A stretch of DNA of 35,836 nt from a virus. Taxonomy: Duplodnaviria; Caudoviricetes. The notes below the pieces were generated by a model. It did not search any database, was not told the DNA's origin, and was given only the letters and a program-made list of their open reading frames with translations. A program made the position numbers and the translations under genes. Below, piece after piece: positions 33,575 to 35,836 of the stretch. The DNA is taken from positions 1-35,836 of IMG/VR virus record IMGVR_UViG_3300022844_000011, one strand, 5' to 3'. Positions within the stretch are counted from its first letter, which is position 1, and every line of letters begins with the position of its first letter.

Positions 33575-35836
33575 CAAACAACCCCTTTCTGTAGTTTCCA
33601 CCGCGACGGCTTGCATCCAATACGCTTGCTTTGGATACCTCAGCTATCGTGGGTAGCATTCTTTGTATTTCAGCCCTTACTGTCCCGACCACTCCCGTTG
33701 AGAAGTTTAGGCTTTGGTTGACTATGATAGTTTGCCCCCCGCCCATAGCATTTTTTGAATTCATGTTATTCATTACAGTGCCGCCACTGTTGGGAATGAT
33801 TAGCTCAGGGCCGCGCTCACCAACCAACATTGCCCGACCTCCCTCAAAATGTCCGCCGCTAGCGTTGGTAGCCGTTGGGTTGGGGACTGATGCTGTTGAA
33901 AGCCTATTAGCTCCAGTTAGACCAAACACATTGTTTATTATTTCATTCACGATAGCCATCTGCATAAAAATAGCTATGATTTGTGACACCATGCTTTTGG
34001 CAAAGTTCTTAAATGATTCTAAAGCGTTTTGCCCCTCAATTAATGAGTTGACGAATTCATTAGTGAATGCATGGGCAGTTGATACAACAGCATCTTTTAG
34101 TTGCGCCCCAAGCGTGTTTCCGAGGTCTTCGGCAGACTTGCCAGCCTCCTTCATATCAGCGGCAACAGCCGCTATAATACCCTGCACAACTTCTGGGTCG
34201 TCCGTGCCAAATAACGCAAGCATAGCGATAGAATCGCCCTCAGCAAGCCTTGCTTTCATTCTAGCCAGCGTTGCTTCCATTTCTATCATCGGGTCTGTCA
34301 CTGACGCAACTGCTCTTATAATATCTGCGTTATCTGCATCAAACGCATCCCGAATACCCTCGTCTATCTCAGCTTTCAGTTCCGCCCTCTTCTTACCAAG
34401 AAAAGCAAGCATGTCTGTTATTTGAGTGGGGGTGAACACTGCTTTATCAAATTCCACAAATTCCCCATTAACCTTTTTCAGCGCTTTCTCAGTGATTAGA
34501 GATGCTAACCCTACCTGCACAACTGCTTCCTCAAGCTCCAGAAAAGGAAATGTGGCCTCTTCTACTTGTCGCGCCAGCTTAATCAAATCAGGCAGTGCGA
34601 TCAATGCAGCGCCTTCCTTTCTGGCACTGGCAATTTCACCCGGGAGTGCTAGCTCATCAGCCTTTTTCAGCAAAGATATTCTATCTTCTATTGTTTGGTT
34701 TAAACTTCGCTGAGCAGTAATAACTGTAGCTAGATCCGTCACTTCTGCCTCAAAATTTGCAACCCTCAGACCTGGAGCATCATCCGCAAGATTGTTAAAT
34801 TTAGCCACTGCTTCAGCAAAATCTGCTTCAGAATCTGAGAGGGCTAACTTAAGTGACTCCTGTGCGCCTTCAAGTGCACCCATATCCAATGTTGGGACTA
34901 GGTTTATTGCCTGATTGAAGTTTGTGAAAAGCTGACTGACATTCTTATCTGCTGATCGCGACCCACTACTTAAGTCTGACCCCACCGTCTTGTTGACCTG
35001 CGTTATGTTTTCGGTGATTGTGAAATCATCCCCCGCCGTCAGTTTGTTGCGAATACGAATAAGGAAGGCTATTTTATCAATAAAGCCCGCGATTGAATCA
35101 GTCATGGTTTTCAATTGAGCTGCAAACCCAGATTCAAATATTGCCAAGGAAAGCTCTTTGAATGCGATAGTCAGGTTTGATGTTTTGGTGGAAAGGTTAG
35201 CCATCAATTCAGCCATTGTGCCGCCGGTGGTTTCCTTGAGTCCTTTTATCAATGATTTAAGGATGAGCGCCGCGCCAGCAGTGCTCTTGCCAAATGCAGC
35301 GATATTGTCTCTAGTCAGGTCAAGTTCTTTTCTTAAAATTGGATAGACTGCAATACCCTGCGTCTCTAGCTGCTCAAGTTCCTCAAGGCCCAGGCCACCG
35401 CCTGTAGATTTTGCGGCTATTTTAACCAGTGCCGCGAAAGCCTCAGTAGCGTCCCCAGCGATAGAGGCCGCATCACCGAAGGTTGTAAGCATGTCAATAT
35501 TAGGCTCAAGGCCAGCAGATTTTAGCCTGATGAATGCCTTGGTAACATCTTCAATTTGAAAGGGGGTTGTTTTTGAAAAGCTGATAATCTGATCAAAGGC
35601 TTTCTGACCCTGGTTAATGCCACCGAACACAGTATTCAAGGAAACTCGCAAGTCCTCAAAAGCCATGCCTACATCAGCTATTTTTTTGCCGACCAAGAGA
35701 GCTATACCAGCCACGACAACACCAACACCCAGCATAGCCGCTTTCAACGCTATGATCGCACCCGCCGCCGCATTCGCCGCAAGCCTCATTCCGACTAGGG
35801 CTCCAGTTGCAGGAGATAGCCCTTTCTTACCGGACT
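33567..35836 (-). CDS. Tail tape measure protein (5-prime truncated by the window)
   Basis: FSKTTPFQIEDVT tape-measure motif, Ala-rich helices, ASGG....LVGERGPELI.P; frame open to the window edge. Confidence 0.93.
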   Translation of the reverse strand, partial: SGKKGLSPATGALVGMRLAANAAAGAIIALKAAMLGVGVVVAGIALLVGKKIADVGMAFEDLRVSLNTVFGGINQGQKAFDQIISFSKTTPFQIEDVTKAFIRLKSAGLEPNIDMLTTFGDAASIAGDATEAFAALVKIAAKSTGGGLGLEELEQLETQGIAVYPILRKELDLTRDNIAAFGKSTAGAALILKSLIKGLKETTGGTMAELMANLSTKTSNLTIAFKELSLAIFESGFAAQLKTMTDSIAGFIDKIAFLIRIRNKLTAGDDFTITENITQVNKTVGSDLSSGSRSADKNVSQLFTNFNQAINLVPTLDMGALEGAQESLKLALSDSEADFAEAVAKFNNLADDAPGLRVANFEAEVTDLATVITAQRSLNQTIEDRISLLKKADELALPGEIASARKEGAALIALPDLIKLARQVEEATFPFLELEEAVVQVGLASLITEKALKKVNGEFVEFDKAVFTPTQITDMLAFLGKKRAELKAEIDEGIRDAFDADNADIIRAVASVTDPMIEMEATLARMKARLAEGDSIAMLALFGTDDPEVVQGIIAAVAADMKEAGKSAEDLGNTLGAQLKDAVVSTAHAFTNEFVNSLIEGQNALESFKNFAKSMVSQIIAIFMQMAIVNEIINNVFGLTGANRLSTASVPNPTATNASGGHFEGGRAMLVGERGPELIIPNSGGTVMNNMNSKNAMGGGQTIIVNQSLNFSTGVVGTVRAEIQRMLPTIAEVSKASVLDASRRGGNYRKGLFGA

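Larger units (their letters stand above)
1..35836. mobile_element. Tailed phage (Caudoviricetes, siphovirus-like) genome segment
   Basis: Terminase, portal, head, tail, lysis and replication modules fill the window; no host housekeeping genes. Confidence 0.97.

Noticed and set aside
33631-34713. Long + strand ORFs (264 and 95 aa) opposite the tape measure gene, and similar antisense ORFs over portal, terL, primase and fibre
   Set aside because: Shadow ORFs of well-supported genes; no RBS or recognisable motifs
1-35836. tRNA genes, integrase/att site, alternative genetic code
   Set aside because: No cloverleaf or recombinase motifs seen; long genes read intact in the standard code and all three stop codons are used

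Overview
About 36 kb of a tailed dsDNA phage genome (siphovirus-like), cut at both ends. The host is probably Gram-negative, since the phage encodes a two-component spanin and sigma70-type promoters. Minus strand 954-8637 is the packaging/head module (gp7/gpF-like head protein, HK97-type portal, TerL, TerS). It is led by six translationally coupled genes that look like a DNA or virion modification system: ParB, a small unknown protein, a GT-A glycosyltransferase, an HxD..H cupin oxygenase, an IbrA-like PP-loop enzyme and an IbrB-like ParB/Srx protein. A two-gene plus-strand moron with its own promoters and terminator lies at 249-950. 8700-9290 is non-coding, with an operator, a possible sRNA and phased A-tract 78-bp repeats. 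Minus strand 9292-12529 is the replication module: Cro-like regulator, short HTH initiator containing iterons, T7 gp4/Twinkle-type primase-helicase, nuclease and an HTH protein. Plus strand 12786-21665 holds ERF, SSB-like and DUF968-like genes and about 30 small early ORFs, with repeated promoter, operator and gene-junction motifs. Minus strand 21649-35836 holds the tail and lysis genes: tape measure (partial), Dit, L-like, NlpC-like, a 2129-aa tail tip/fibre fusion with five conserved junction repeats and an S74 chaperone, an adhesin-like protein, a truncated holin-like ORF, spanins, lysozyme and thermonuclease. I saw no integrase, CI, DNA polymerase, tRNA or CRISPR array. All calls come from motif recognition by eye; no searches were run.
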